A stretch of DNA of 64,000 bases from Capsulimonadaceae bacterium (GCA_965215505.1 OZ244065.1:5024001-5088000), one strand, 5' to 3'. Positions 27,414 to 37,808 are shown, counted from the stretch's first letter. The notes: a model not told the origin generated them from the letters alone. A program made the numbers and translations.

Positions 27414-29987
27414 CTAGAGCCGTGGGTCTATCGGCTCGCTCTCCAGGGCCAGCACGGCGAAGACGCACTCGTGGACGCGGCGCAGCGGCTCGCGGCGGAC
27501 GAACCGCTCCAAAGCCTCGATGCCCAGGGCGAATTCGCGGCCTGCGAGGGACCGCTTGCCGGACAGGCCGCGCGAGCGCAGGCGGGTCAGGTTATCGGGG
27601 GCGTCGTAGTCCGGGCCGTAGATGATGCGGAGGTACTCGCGGCCCCGGCACTTGACGGCGGGCTGGGACAGGCCGCGCGGCCCGCGCGTGATGAAGTCCC
27701 AGGGCTTGACCACCATGCCCTCGCCGCCTTTGCCAGTCAGCTCCTCCCACCACCGGATGCCCGCCGCGACGCTTTCCGGGTCGGTGACGTGGATCGTCTG
27801 GTGCGGCGTCGCCAGCAGCAGGCCGGTGGGGTCTGAGGCACAGAGCCGGGCCAAAGTCGCCATGTGCCAGCCGTGGTCCTTGTCGGCATGCACCGCGCCT
27901 TCCGAGGCCAGGAGGTGGAAGGGGGCCAGTTTCAAGTCGGCCAGGCTGTTCACGGGCCAGCAGTAGCGCCGGTAGGCGTCCACGAACAGGCCCGCCGTCG
28001 TTTCTCGCTTGGCGAACTTTTCCAGCAGTGGCTCCAAGCCGGGCGTGTGGGCCGACGCTCGGCGCAGGGCCGTGACCGCGTGGGGCAGGGCGGCCGTGGC
28101 CGCGTGGGGCAGGGCGGCCGTGGCCGCCGCGCCGACGGCGGCGTACTGGTCCCGGATGAGCGCCTGCGCCTTGGCCGACCAGGGCATCAGCTCGCAGTCC
28201 AGGCAGACCCAATCCGTGCCGAGTTCGTCCCACAGGCTGCTTTCAGTCAGGGCGTCCCGGATGAGGGCTAAGAACTGCGCTTCCAAATCTGCGTCGTCGA
28301 AGAACCGGCGGCCGGTGCGGGTCACGCAGACGCCGATACCTTCACCTTCAACGCCGAACCTTGCCCGCGCAACGCCCTCGTCCCGGCAGACAACGACCAC
28401 GGCGCGCGACCCCATGTGCTTCTCCTCGCAGATCACCGTCGGCAGGCCCTGGTTACGGTAGTAGGAAAACGCCTCGGCGGGGTGTTCCAGCAGGCCCGGC
28501 TCCGCCGTCGTCTCGGACGGGGACATGGTAGGCGGCAAATAGATCAGCCACTTGGGGTTTGCGGCGAACCGGCTCATCACTTCCAAAGCCGCGATCGCGT
28601 TCTCTTCCCGGACCGTGATGTTGCCGTGCAGGCGTGTCCCGATCAGCCGCTTGCCGGTGACGTCCTCTATGTCCAGGATGTCGTCGTGCTGCTGCTGTGC
28701 CGACAGGGCAGGGGCCGACTCCTCCGGCGGCAGGAAGGGGCGGGCCGGCTCCGTATAAGTCTGGCGGGCGGGGACCGAGATTAGCTCCCGCTCCGGCCAG
28801 CGCAGGGCGGTCAGTTTGCCGCCGAAGACGCAGCCGGTGTCAATGTTAATCGTGTGGTTCAGCCACTCCGGGGCGGGAATGGGCGTGTGTCCGTAGACGA
28901 CATCCGCCAAGCCCCGATACTCCGCCGCCCAGTTGTAGCGGATGGGCAGGCCGAACTCGTCTGTCTCTCCGGTCGTCTCGCCATACAGGGCGAACTCGCG
29001 GACCTTGCCCGACCCGCGCCCCATCATCTCCGCCTTCATGCCCGCGTGGGCAACCACGAGCCTGCCGTCGTCCAGCACATAATGGCTGACCAGGCTGTCC
29101 AAGAACGTCCTGACCTCATGGACAAACTCCGTCGGCTCGCCCTCTAGCTGCGCCAGTGTCTCGGCCAGGCCGTGCGTGATCTGGACATCCCGGCCGCGCA
29201 GCTTCCGCAGCAGCTTGACATCGTGGTTGCCCGGCACGCACAGGGCCGTGCCCGCCGACACCATGCCCATCACCAGCCGCAGCACGTCCGGCGTCTTCGG
29301 CCCCCGGTCGCCCAGGTCGCCCAAAAAGACCGCCTTGCGCCCATCCGGCGGCGTGACGGTGTGGCCGTCAACGGCGTAGCCGAGAGCGGTCAGCAGTGCG
29401 GTCAGCTCGTCAAAGCACCCATGCACGTCGCCGATGATGTCGAACGGGCCGTGTTCGCCCTTCTTGTTGTTGTACAGCGGCTCGCGCGTCACGGTCGCCT
29501 CGGCCACCTGTTCCGGGCTGGTCAGCGTGAAGACGTGCCGGAAGCCTTCGCGCTCCAATCCCCGCAAGGACTGGCGCAGGCTCTTGATGTGGTTGCGGAC
29601 GACGTGCGGCCCGAAGTCCCGGTCCGGGCGGTTGACGTTGCGGTCCTGACACACCCGCTCCGGCATGTCCAGCACGACCGCGACCGGCAGGCAGTGGTAC
29701 TCACGCGCCAGCGCGAGGAGCGGCTTGCGCGCCTCGGGCTGGACGTTCGTCGCATCCACGACGACCAGCCTCCCGGCGGCTAACCGCTTGGAGGCGATGA
29801 AGTGCAGCACGTCGAAGGCGTCTTTCGTCGCCGCCTGCTCGTTCTCATCGTCGGAGACAAGTCCCCGGCAGAAGTCCGAAGATAGCACTTCAGTCGGCAG
29901 GAAGTGCTGCCGGGCGAACGAGGACTTGCCGGAGCCGGACGCGCCGATAAGTACGACGAGGGAGAGTTCTGGGATGGTGATATTCAT
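27414..29987 (-). CDS. pnkp: Polynucleotide kinase-phosphatase-ligase (bacterial Pnkp)
   Basis: Kinase GASGSGKS, metallophosphoesterase GDVHG/GNHD/VYGH, ligase EEKHMGSR, EGMVVKP, KCRGREYLRIIYG; start at MNITIPELSL. Confidence 0.95.
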   Translation of the reverse strand: MNITIPELSLVVLIGASGSGKSSFARQHFLPTEVLSSDFCRGLVSDDENEQAATKDAFDVLHFIASKRLAAGRLVVVDATNVQPEARKPLLALAREYHCLPVAVVLDMPERVCQDRNVNRPDRDFGPHVVRNHIKSLRQSLRGLEREGFRHVFTLTSPEQVAEATVTREPLYNNKKGEHGPFDIIGDVHGCFDELTALLTALGYAVDGHTVTPPDGRKAVFLGDLGDRGPKTPDVLRLVMGMVSAGTALCVPGNHDVKLLRKLRGRDVQITHGLAETLAQLEGEPTEFVHEVRTFLDSLVSHYVLDDGRLVVAHAGMKAEMMGRGSGKVREFALYGETTGETDEFGLPIRYNWAAEYRGLADVVYGHTPIPAPEWLNHTINIDTGCVFGGKLTALRWPERELISVPARQTYTEPARPFLPPEESAPALSAQQQHDDILDIEDVTGKRLIGTRLHGNITVREENAIAALEVMSRFAANPKWLIYLPPTMSPSETTAEPGLLEHPAEAFSYYRNQGLPTVICEEKHMGSRAVVVVCRDEGVARARFGVEGEGIGVCVTRTGRRFFDDADLEAQFLALIRDALTESSLWDELGTDWVCLDCELMPWSAKAQALIRDQYAAVGAAATAALPHAATAALPHAVTALRRASAHTPGLEPLLEKFAKRETTAGLFVDAYRRYCWPVNSLADLKLAPFHLLASEGAVHADKDHGWHMATLARLCASDPTGLLLATPHQTIHVTDPESVAAGIRWWEELTGKGGEGMVVKPWDFITRGPRGLSQPAVKCRGREYLRIIYGPDYDAPDNLTRLRSRGLSGKRSLAGREFALGIEALERFVRREPLRRVHECVFAVLALESEPIDPRL

Positions 29988-30010
29988 GGATTGTAATGCT
30001 GTAATCGCCA

Positions 30011-30263
30011 CGGGTTGAAACCCGAGGCACCGAAGTCCCCTACGTCCGGGGGATGTGATGGCGGCTTGATTCCCCGGATTGAAATCCGGGTCTTCGGTAA
30101 AGCGATTGTCCGCCTGCGCGGACACAAGAGGCGGCCATGTAGGGGCGCGATTCATCGCGCCCTCTTTCCCGCTCGCGCCCTCGTTTCCTGTCGTATCTCC
30201 CGGTTTCTCTGTCCACGCAGGTGGACAACTGCACTTACGAAGACCCGGATTTCAATCCGGGGA
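30011..30263. repeat. Composite REP/REPIN-like inverted-repeat element
   Basis: Perfect 26-bp inverted repeat (30071-30096 with 30238-30263) extending imperfectly to about 54 bp; encloses the GTAG REP GTAGGGGCGCGATTCATCGCGCCC (30139-30162). Confidence 0.75.
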
Positions 30264-30277
30264 CAGGCCACATCGGT

Positions 30278-31027
30278 TCATAAGAGTTCCCGCACACCCT
30301 CCGCCGTCAGCGTCCGCTCGGAGATTAAATCATCCTGCTGGTGCCAGCGCGTGATTATCTCGCCATAGGTCCAGTTGGGATGCGGCCCGCACATCCGATG
30401 ACCGACGACGCGGCTGTGTGACAGCCCGGCAAAGAGGCGAGCATCTTCCTCTGTGAATGGCAGTCCCGTATACCACTGTGGGTCAAGTGATGCCGCCGAC
30501 ATCAGACCGATTGGCGAAAGATCACTCAACAGGAAGGGTTTGCCGGTAGGTACGCCCTCCTGGTAAGCCTCACACCACAGGCCGCCGTTTGTGCGTAGTC
30601 CCCAGACGCCGTAGCGAGCTAGGATGAAGAACTGACAGAGCCAGTCCAGGTGCGGCCCTGTCGGACCACTAAAGCAGTAGCGCCAGTCGCGTTTATGTAT
30701 GCCCGTCTCCTGTTGCTCACGATAGGCGCTCATTTCATCCCGCCAATGTTCGCCTAAAGTGCTGCCCGTCCCAAAACTGAATATCTGCTGGACTGGTCTA
30801 ATGAGCGGCCCGCATTCAGCGCGAACGACGTACTGCGTCGGCGATAGATCAATGGCAACTACTTGCGGGCGGCGAAATACTTTCGCCTGCCAAACAAGCC
30901 GGGGTACTTCTCTAACGGCAAGCTTGTGGCCCATCTCTTGGCTGCCGATGTACATGGCCGGGCGTGTTTCTGCGTGCTGCCGTTCCTCATGCCAATTCAT
31001 CACCGGGCGCGCATCGTCTCCGCTCAT
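30278..31027 (-). CDS. Hypothetical protein with GyrB/ParE-like N-terminal RPxMYIGS motif
   Basis: HAETRPAMYIGS; ATGA overlap with the hen1 stop; lower GC. Confidence 0.6.
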   Translation of the reverse strand: MSGDDARPVMNWHEERQHAETRPAMYIGSQEMGHKLAVREVPRLVWQAKVFRRPQVVAIDLSPTQYVVRAECGPLIRPVQQIFSFGTGSTLGEHWRDEMSAYREQQETGIHKRDWRYCFSGPTGPHLDWLCQFFILARYGVWGLRTNGGLWCEAYQEGVPTGKPFLLSDLSPIGLMSAASLDPQWYTGLPFTEEDARLFAGLSHSRVVGHRMCGPHPNWTYGEIITRWHQQDDLISERTLTAEGVRELL

Positions 31028-32424
31028 GCCCCCCGCCTCTCAAACACCGCCATCTGGCTCGGCGCTCCGACCTCAGCGTCTTCCGGGCCGATGGGCAATA
31101 TCCGAACCGCGTAGCCGAACCGTTCACAGACATTATCCGCCCACGACTGGAACTCGGCGCGGGTCCATTCGAAGCGGTGGTCCTTGTGGCGGAACTTGCC
31201 CGCCGGCAGCGTCTCGAACTTGGGGTTGTACTCGACGTTCGGGGTCGTGATGATGAGCGTCCGGGGCCGGGCGAACTCGAACAGGGCGCGGGCGAAGGCG
31301 GCCAGGCGGTTCGCGTCCAGGTGTTCGATGACCTCCACCACGGCGGCGGCATCGTAGCCGTTCAGGCGGGCATCGCGGTAGATGAGCGAGCCTTGAACCA
31401 GCGTGATGCGCTCGCGCTGCATTGGGGGCAGGTGGTCCAGGTGCATCTTGTCCTGGGCCATTTCCAAGGTCCGGTAGGACACGTCCATGCCCAAAATCTC
31501 GGTGAACTGCCGGTCGGCCAGCAGCAGGGCCAGCAGGCGGCCCTCGCCGCAGCCGAGGTCCAGGACCCGCTTCGCGCCGCTGCCTTTCAGGGCGGCAAGC
31601 ACCGCGCCGAGCCGCTGCTCGTGGAGGCTGATCTTCTTCTCGACCGCCTCCTCCTCGCGGTCGTGCAGCACCTGGGCGGCCCCGTCCTCCGGCTCCTCCT
31701 CCTGCGTGAGCTGGGCCAGGGCGTCCCGCACCAGTGAGCGGCGGCCCTTGAGGTAGCGGTGGACGATGGTTTCCTTCTCCGGGTGTGCGGCCAGCCACCC
31801 CTCCCCCTTGCGGATGAGCTTTTCCACTTCCTCGTCACCGATGGCGTAGTGCTTGCCCGAGTCGAGCGTGGGGATGAGGACGTAGAGGTGTGTCAGCAGG
31901 TCCGCCAGGCGAACGGTGCCGGTCAATGTGACCGAGAAGTATTGGCTCTCGCCCCACTCGGGGAAGTGGGAGTCCAGCGGATGGGCCTCCAGCGCGACGG
32001 CGTAGCCCAAAGGCTCGAAGAGGCGGCTCAGGAACTCGGCCCCGCCTCGGCTCGGCACCACTTCCAGCCGCGCCTCCAGCGGCATCGGCGCTTCGGCCAG
32101 ACCGGGACGGTCTTTGCAGCGCCCGCCCAGGGCGCTGCCGTAGACCTGAGCCAGTGCGACCGAGAGGAACGAGGAGGCGACATAAGGCCGGTCGTTGACA
32201 TACTGAGCCAGTGTCCGGCCCTCCCCCCGCGCGCCGCGGACAAGGGCCACGGCGTCCACGTCCAGCAGCAGGGCCGCCGTGCAGGCGTCCTCGGAGACTT
32301 CCGGGTAGAAGACGTGCGCCTGCCCGAAGGACAGGTCGAACGACTGCGGACGGGCCGGGTTCTTGTGCAGCAGGTAGCCCAGGTCGGTGGCGGGGGCCTG
32401 CGTCGTGCGGATGGTCAGCAGCAT
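31024..32424 (-). CDS. hen1: 3'-terminal RNA 2'-O-methyltransferase Hen1
   Basis: ATDLGYLLHKNP, YVNDRPYVASS, VLDLGCGEG, EVIEH, TTPNVEYN, RHKDHRFEW. Confidence 0.95.
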   Translation of the reverse strand: MLLTIRTTQAPATDLGYLLHKNPARPQSFDLSFGQAHVFYPEVSEDACTAALLLDVDAVALVRGARGEGRTLAQYVNDRPYVASSFLSVALAQVYGSALGGRCKDRPGLAEAPMPLEARLEVVPSRGGAEFLSRLFEPLGYAVALEAHPLDSHFPEWGESQYFSVTLTGTVRLADLLTHLYVLIPTLDSGKHYAIGDEEVEKLIRKGEGWLAAHPEKETIVHRYLKGRRSLVRDALAQLTQEEEPEDGAAQVLHDREEEAVEKKISLHEQRLGAVLAALKGSGAKRVLDLGCGEGRLLALLLADRQFTEILGMDVSYRTLEMAQDKMHLDHLPPMQRERITLVQGSLIYRDARLNGYDAAAVVEVIEHLDANRLAAFARALFEFARPRTLIITTPNVEYNPKFETLPAGKFRHKDHRFEWTRAEFQSWADNVCERFGYAVRILPIGPEDAEVGAPSQMAVFERRGA

Positions 32425-32466
32425 GAGGCATTATACCTGATGCTGCCCGCCTCCGACCGGGAGCGG

Positions 32467-34068
32467 TTAATAAAGCAGCCTTTGTGCTGCCCTGCTCCTG
32501 AGTAGGCGCAGGTAACGCGCCGGGGCGGACGTCGTTTTGACGTCCGAAGTCGCCCGCCGGGTTTCAAGCACCCAGCCGCCGGTTGCCCGGTGCCAGTCAT
32601 CCTCCACCGACTGCTCCAATTCCTCGCAGCCGGTGTCGGGCGACCCCGGCAGACTGGTCCAGCGATACCAAGTCACCGTGGTGGAGACGATCACGAGGTT
32701 GCCGGAGCGGCGGCTGCCGGTGACATAGTGGTTTAGCTCGATCACCGCCGCCGGGCCGAGCGGGCCGTCAACCTGAGCAAGATACCGGTCCAGCGTTGCC
32801 CGATGTCCTGCCTGGTCAACCGCGCGGAAATTGGTGGTGAACATGGCCCTGAACCTGTCCGGTTGATGGGCGTTGAAGGCGTCTTCCCCGGCGTCATAAG
32901 CCGCCGCAATCTCGGCCTGCTCCTGGAACTCTTCGGGCCTGGTCCCGGCCAGGCCGGGGTTCTCCTGGACCGGGAGCGTCAGGACAAACCCGCCGTCCGG
33001 CTTTGACTCCCATGAGAACGGCCCGACTTGGTGAAACCAAGCGAGGTTGTAAACGCGCGTCAGTGATCGCGGTTCCTGCGTGTCGCTCACCTTGTCACCG
33101 GCCTTGAAGCCCAGGGCGGCTATGACGGCGGCACTCGGGACGACCCGGTTCCCGGTGACTCTGATCTCGCTGATCGGGCGCTGCTGGGGTGGGGCGAGTA
33201 CAGGTGTCGCCGCTCCCGGAGAATCCGCCACCCGGACGCGCGGGTTCGGAGAAGGCCGGCCTGCTTGGGGACCGAGGGACGACGCCCTGTGTACCGTCGG
33301 CGCTTTGGGCGCGAGCGCCCGCGCCAACCCCGCACCGACGCCGAGCGCGCCGACGCCGAGGACTACGGCGGCCGTGAGGCCGCCGATCTGTTTCATCCGC
33401 ATGGCTTTCAATACTCCTTGGGTGATTTGGGAGAGGTGGGGGCTGGCGACCGGGCCGGCGAGGATAGGATCGGGTGCCGGGTCCAGGGCATGGGCGGTGA
33501 GCAGCGCGCCTAATGCGGTCACGGGAACGGTGACGCCCTGGGCGGTGAGGAAGCGGCGCATCTTTTCCAGGGCGCGATTGACCCGGTGCCTGGCAGCGTC
33601 CTCCTTCTGCCCCAGCGCCAGGGCGACTTCGGCGAAGTCTTTGTCTTCAAAGAAGCGCAGCAGGATCGAGTCCCGATCCTTGGGTCCGAGCCGGTCGAGG
33701 CTGTCATGCAGCCACGGGGCAATCTCCCGCCAGGCCGCCTCCTGCGCCCGCGCCGCCGCTTCGTGCATCTCGGCCCCCGCTCGTTCCTCACGCGCTTGTC
33801 GCCGCTGTTCGCCCTTCCGCATGTCCCGCGCTGCGAACCTGGCCGTCTGGAACAGCCACCCGCTCAGAATGACCCCGTGCCGCAGCGATTTGGCCTTCTG
33901 CGCCAGGACGAGAAAGACCACCTGGGTGGCGTCTTCCGCCTGGGCGCTGTCGGCAAGCTCACGCCGGCAGGTGCTAAAGACCAGCCTGCGATGCCGTTCC
34001 ACCAGCCGGGCAAATGCCTCCTCCGAGCCTGTATCAACGAATTGTCTGAGCAGTCGCCAGTCTTCCAC
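32467..34068 (-). CDS. ECF sigma factor fused to a TM helix, POTRA and NTF2-like domains
   Basis: Sigma2 AEDATQVVF, sigma4 LLRFFEDK...RVNRALEKMR, TM helix, ISEIRVTGN POTRA signature, C-terminal NTF2-like segment. Confidence 0.8.
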   Translation of the reverse strand: MEDWRLLRQFVDTGSEEAFARLVERHRRLVFSTCRRELADSAQAEDATQVVFLVLAQKAKSLRHGVILSGWLFQTARFAARDMRKGEQRRQAREERAGAEMHEAAARAQEAAWREIAPWLHDSLDRLGPKDRDSILLRFFEDKDFAEVALALGQKEDAARHRVNRALEKMRRFLTAQGVTVPVTALGALLTAHALDPAPDPILAGPVASPHLSQITQGVLKAMRMKQIGGLTAAVVLGVGALGVGAGLARALAPKAPTVHRASSLGPQAGRPSPNPRVRVADSPGAATPVLAPPQQRPISEIRVTGNRVVPSAAVIAALGFKAGDKVSDTQEPRSLTRVYNLAWFHQVGPFSWESKPDGGFVLTLPVQENPGLAGTRPEEFQEQAEIAAAYDAGEDAFNAHQPDRFRAMFTTNFRAVDQAGHRATLDRYLAQVDGPLGPAAVIELNHYVTGSRRSGNLVIVSTTVTWYRWTSLPGSPDTGCEELEQSVEDDWHRATGGWVLETRRATSDVKTTSAPARYLRLLRSRAAQRLLY

Positions 34069-34140
34069 CTCGTTCTCCCACTCAGTTATGGACGGCGGAG
34101 GGCGGAAACCGATCAAAGAGAAAAGGAAAATAGAATGTTT

Positions 34141-34428
34141 TTACAGCCCACGGCTGCGGAGCCTGCGCGTGAGTGTGTCAAGCAGAGACTCGACCAGGGG
34201 CTTCGGGGCCGGGAGGCGGGGCGGGTAGCGGGGGGGGCCGTGCGACAGAACGATGGTGGCGCGGGCGGCGGGGGACTTGCCGCGCCGGGCGGCGGGGACA
34301 TACCCGACCTGACCGACCGGTGGCGTGGCATCTTCGGGAACCGGAACGTCGAACTTTTCGCCGCAGCGGTGGCAGAACAGTCCGCCGGGATGGACCTGTT
34401 CCTCGCACTGTTCGCACTCGTAAACCAT
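34141..34428 (-). CDS. Zinc-ribbon protein
   Basis: CEQC...FCHRCG. Confidence 0.55.
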   Translation of the reverse strand: MVYECEQCEEQVHPGGLFCHRCGEKFDVPVPEDATPPVGQVGYVPAARRGKSPAARATIVLSHGPPRYPPRLPAPKPLVESLLDTLTRRLRSRGL

Positions 34429-34527
34429 GATGACATGCCTTCTAATCCAGTCTTGTGGGCTGGATAACAAAGGTGTTCGGCGGCTGGGGCGGGAATTCCT
34501 GCTCTCATTCCCGCCCCGTGCGTAATC

Positions 34528-35502
34528 TCAGCGCTCAACCATGCCCATCCCCCGCTCGCCGTAGCGCGGGCCGGCCGTTTGGGTCGCCAGCGCGTCCAGC
34601 CGGGCGAGGTCGTCCGAGGTCAGCGTGACGGCGGCGGCTCCGGCGTTTTCTTCCAGGTATTTGAGCCGCTTGGTGCCGGGAATCGGGGCGATGTCCTCGC
34701 CCTGGGCCAGCAGCCAGGCCAGAGCGATCTGGCCGGGAACGGCGTCCTTGGAGCGGGCGATGTCCTTGACGACGTCCACCAGTTCCATGTTCTTGGCGAA
34801 GTTCTCGCCCTGATAGCGCGGGTCGTTGCGGCGGTAGTCGTCCTCGGGGATGTCCTCGTAGGACTTGATCTGGCCGGTCAGGAAGCCGCGCCCCAGCGGG
34901 CTGTAGGGGACCAGGCCGATGCCCAGCTCGCGAATAGTGGGCAGGATCTCCGCCTCGATGCCGCGCTCCCAGAGCGAATATTCGCTTTGCAGTGCGGCAA
35001 TCGGGTGGACCGCCTGCGCGCGGCGCAGCGTCTCCGGCCCGACTTCGGACAGGCCGAGATGTTTGACTTTGCCGGCTTTGACGAGTTCTGCCATCGCCCC
35101 GACCGTCTCCTCGATAGGGACGGACCGGTCGCGCCGGTGCTGGTAGTAGAGGTCAATCGTGTCAATGCCCAGCCGCTGGAGCGAGGCGTCGCAGGCGCGG
35201 CGGACGTTCCGGGGCGTGCCGTCCACGCCCGCCGTCGCGCCGTCCTCGATCTTGAAGCCGAACTTGGTGGCGACCACGGCCTGCTCGCGCCGGCCTTTGA
35301 GGGCCTTGCCGACCAGCTCCTCGTTGACGTAGGGGCCGTAGACCTCGGCGGTGTCCAGGAAGGTCATGCCCAGGTCCAGGGAGCGGTGGATGACCGCGAC
35401 GGCGTCCTCGTCCGTGGCCTTGCCGTAGAGGAAGCTCATGCCCATGCAGCCCAGGCCGAGTTCGGAGACGGTCAGGCCGTCTCCTAAATTGCGTGTGTCC
35501 AT
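34528..35502 (-). CDS. Aldo/keto reductase
   Basis: [30 protein letters not shown]. Confidence 0.95.
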   Translation of the reverse strand: MDTRNLGDGLTVSELGLGCMGMSFLYGKATDEDAVAVIHRSLDLGMTFLDTAEVYGPYVNEELVGKALKGRREQAVVATKFGFKIEDGATAGVDGTPRNVRRACDASLQRLGIDTIDLYYQHRRDRSVPIEETVGAMAELVKAGKVKHLGLSEVGPETLRRAQAVHPIAALQSEYSLWERGIEAEILPTIRELGIGLVPYSPLGRGFLTGQIKSYEDIPEDDYRRNDPRYQGENFAKNMELVDVVKDIARSKDAVPGQIALAWLLAQGEDIAPIPGTKRLKYLEENAGAAAVTLTSDDLARLDALATQTAGPRYGERGMGMVER

Positions 35503-35521
35503 GTGTGTTCTCCCATTCGGC

Positions 35522-36601
35522 TCATGGCCGGAGGACGGTCATCTTGAAGGGGCCGCCGTTGGCGGCGGCGTGCGTGACGGCCTCGTTCGCGTCGTCCAAG
35601 CCGAACTCGGTCACGTCATAGTTGTCCAGGCGCAGGAGGCCGGACCGGACAAGCCCGACCATCCGGACGGCGGCCTCCGTCGGGTACATCCACTGACCCC
35701 GGACGGTGATGCAGCTCCGCATGATCCAGGGGTACGGCAAATCCAGCCCGGCACCGCCTAGCATCCCGACGCCCCCCATCAGCACGGCCCGGCCGTAAGG
35801 CCGCACCGTCATGATCGCGGCCCGCGCCACCGTCGCCTCGGCGGAGGGCGGCAGGATGTCCAGCACGCAGTCTATCGGGCCGGGGGCCGCCCGCCGCATC
35901 CGCTCCCGGTCGTCCTCCTCATTGCCGGTGAGCTTCACGGGCCGGAGGCGCGGGCCGAACCGACGCGCCAGACCCTCAAGCGCCTTCTCGTTCCGGCCCG
36001 GCGCGATGACGCAGCCCGCACCCATCGCGAGGGCCACGGCGGCGGCGGCGCTGCCGAAGTTGCCGGTCGCGCCGCTGATCAGGACCGTCTCCCCCGCCTG
36101 CAAGTTCGCCGCCAGCAGGCCGCCATACGGCACCAGGAGCGTGCCGATCGCACACCAGGAGGCGGCCTCCGCCGTGTCAATCGCGCCGATCGGGATGGCG
36201 TTCTCCGTCGGGACCATCATTCGCTCGGCGAAGGAGCCGTGGTGGAAGTATTCTTGCAGGCGCAGGCCGCCCGCGCCGCGGGCGCTCGCGCCTTGCAGCG
36301 TGATGTCCGGGTTCAGCACGTCGTCGCGCGACCGCACGGTCGGGTCACAGTAGACCCAGTCGCCGGCGGCCAGGTGCGTCGCGTCCGGCCCGGTCTCGCG
36401 CACACGACCGACCGCCCCGGCACCCGGTGCCACGGGCAAGGTCAGCAGATACTTCCGCGCGCCGCTGAAGACTTCGCCCGCGTAGGACAGGACGGGGGCC
36501 GCCACGACATCAACGATAACCTCCCCCGTGCCCATGACCGGGTCGGGCAGGGTTTCGATGGCGAGCGGCGAACCGAACGAGTTCAAAACCGCAGCTTTCA
36601 T
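35522..36601 (-). CDS. MDR-family (zinc-binding-type) dehydrogenase
   Basis: MKAAVL start, GATGNFG Rossmann motif. Confidence 0.88.
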   Translation of the reverse strand: MKAAVLNSFGSPLAIETLPDPVMGTGEVIVDVVAAPVLSYAGEVFSGARKYLLTLPVAPGAGAVGRVRETGPDATHLAAGDWVYCDPTVRSRDDVLNPDITLQGASARGAGGLRLQEYFHHGSFAERMMVPTENAIPIGAIDTAEAASWCAIGTLLVPYGGLLAANLQAGETVLISGATGNFGSAAAAVALAMGAGCVIAPGRNEKALEGLARRFGPRLRPVKLTGNEEDDRERMRRAAPGPIDCVLDILPPSAEATVARAAIMTVRPYGRAVLMGGVGMLGGAGLDLPYPWIMRSCITVRGQWMYPTEAAVRMVGLVRSGLLRLDNYDVTEFGLDDANEAVTHAAANGGPFKMTVLRP

Positions 36602-36621
36602 GGTTGTTCTCCTCTCAGGTT

Positions 36622-37638
36622 TCAGGCCGCGACACGGATGACGACCTTGCCGAAGTGCGCGCCGCTTTGCAGGTGGGCGTAGGCGGCGCGGGCTTCGTCG
36701 AAGGCGAATGCGCGGTCAATGACCGGGCGGACCTGCCCTACGGTCAGTGCGGACAGCAGCCGCTCGAACATGGCACGCGAGCCGACATAAATGCCGGTGA
36801 CGTTCAGGCTCTTCCCCAGGATGGGCATGGGGGAGACAGTCGCGCCAACGTCGGATAGTACGCCGATCTGGGCGATGTGGCCGCCGTGCCGGGTGGCCTG
36901 GAGCGACTTCGCGAATGTCCCCGGCCCGCCGACTTCAATGATGTGGTCCACGCCGCGCTTGCCGGTCAGGCCCCAGACGGTCTTGTCCCAGTCGGGGGTC
37001 GTTTTGTAGTTGACGACCTCGTCCGCGCCCAATGCCCTGGCCCGTTCCAGTTTCTCGTCGGATGAGGATGTCAGGATGACTCGCGCGCCGTGCATCTTGG
37101 CGATCTGGAGCGCGAACATGGAGACGCCGCCCGTCCCCTGTACCAGCACGGTTTCGCCCGCCGTCAGGCGGCCCTGCTCGACAAGCCCGTTCCAGGCGGT
37201 GACGGCGGCGCAGGGCAGACTCGCGCCTTCCTCATAGGTGAGATAGTCGGGCAGCTTGACGACGCCCTCTGCGGACAGGACGACGTATTCGGCCAGCATC
37301 CCGTCCACCGCCCCGCCCAGGGCCGAGGCATGGTAGGCGGCCTGGATGCCGCCGTCCAGCCAAGTCTGGAAGAAGATGCCCGCCACACGGTCGCCGGCCT
37401 TGACGCGCGAGACGCCTGCGCCGACGGCGGCGACTTCACCCGCGCCGTCGGACAGCGGGACGCGGTCGGGGGGCGTCGTCCCGCCGTAGTTTCCCGTGGC
37501 GATCATCAGGTCGCGGTAGTTGAGCGAGGCCGCGTGGACGCGGACGAGTATCTGCCCCGGTGCGGGCGTCGGGTCGGGCAGGTCAACCAGGGCAAGCCCG
37601 TCCAGGCTGCCGGTGTCTTTGAGTTGATAGGCTTTCAT
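36622..37638 (-). CDS. NAD(P)-dependent alcohol dehydrogenase (MDR family)
   Basis: SLNYRD, PLSDGAG, GTGGVS, HFGKVV; start at MKAYQLK. Confidence 0.92.
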   Translation of the reverse strand: MKAYQLKDTGSLDGLALVDLPDPTPAPGQILVRVHAASLNYRDLMIATGNYGGTTPPDRVPLSDGAGEVAAVGAGVSRVKAGDRVAGIFFQTWLDGGIQAAYHASALGGAVDGMLAEYVVLSAEGVVKLPDYLTYEEGASLPCAAVTAWNGLVEQGRLTAGETVLVQGTGGVSMFALQIAKMHGARVILTSSSDEKLERARALGADEVVNYKTTPDWDKTVWGLTGKRGVDHIIEVGGPGTFAKSLQATRHGGHIAQIGVLSDVGATVSPMPILGKSLNVTGIYVGSRAMFERLLSALTVGQVRPVIDRAFAFDEARAAYAHLQSGAHFGKVVIRVAA

Positions 37639-37665
37639 GTGGGGGGGCCCGTGTGGTGTGTTGAA

Positions 37666-37800
37666 CACGGGGCTGAACCCCCGTGCTGTAAAAGTGCAAG
37701 CCCCCGCCTTCGCGGGCGAAGAAAAACCGTCCGGGCGCGCTTCTCTTGCCCGCGAAGGCGGGGAGTTGCTTTTACTGAAGCACGGGGGTTCAGCCCCGTG
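37666..37800. repeat. REPIN/MITE-like inverted-repeat element
   Basis: Perfect 22-bp IR CACGGGGCTGAACCCCCGTGCT at both ends plus inner IR CCCCGCCTTCGCGGGC. Confidence 0.75.
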
Positions 37801-37808
37801 TATTATCC

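Noticed and set aside
29988-30155. N-terminal extension of Pnkp in the ORF track; similar extensions at 37639-37812, 43757-43987, 19100-19306 and 56641-57576
   Set aside because: These translate REP elements or neighbouring genes; family-typical starts lie downstream.
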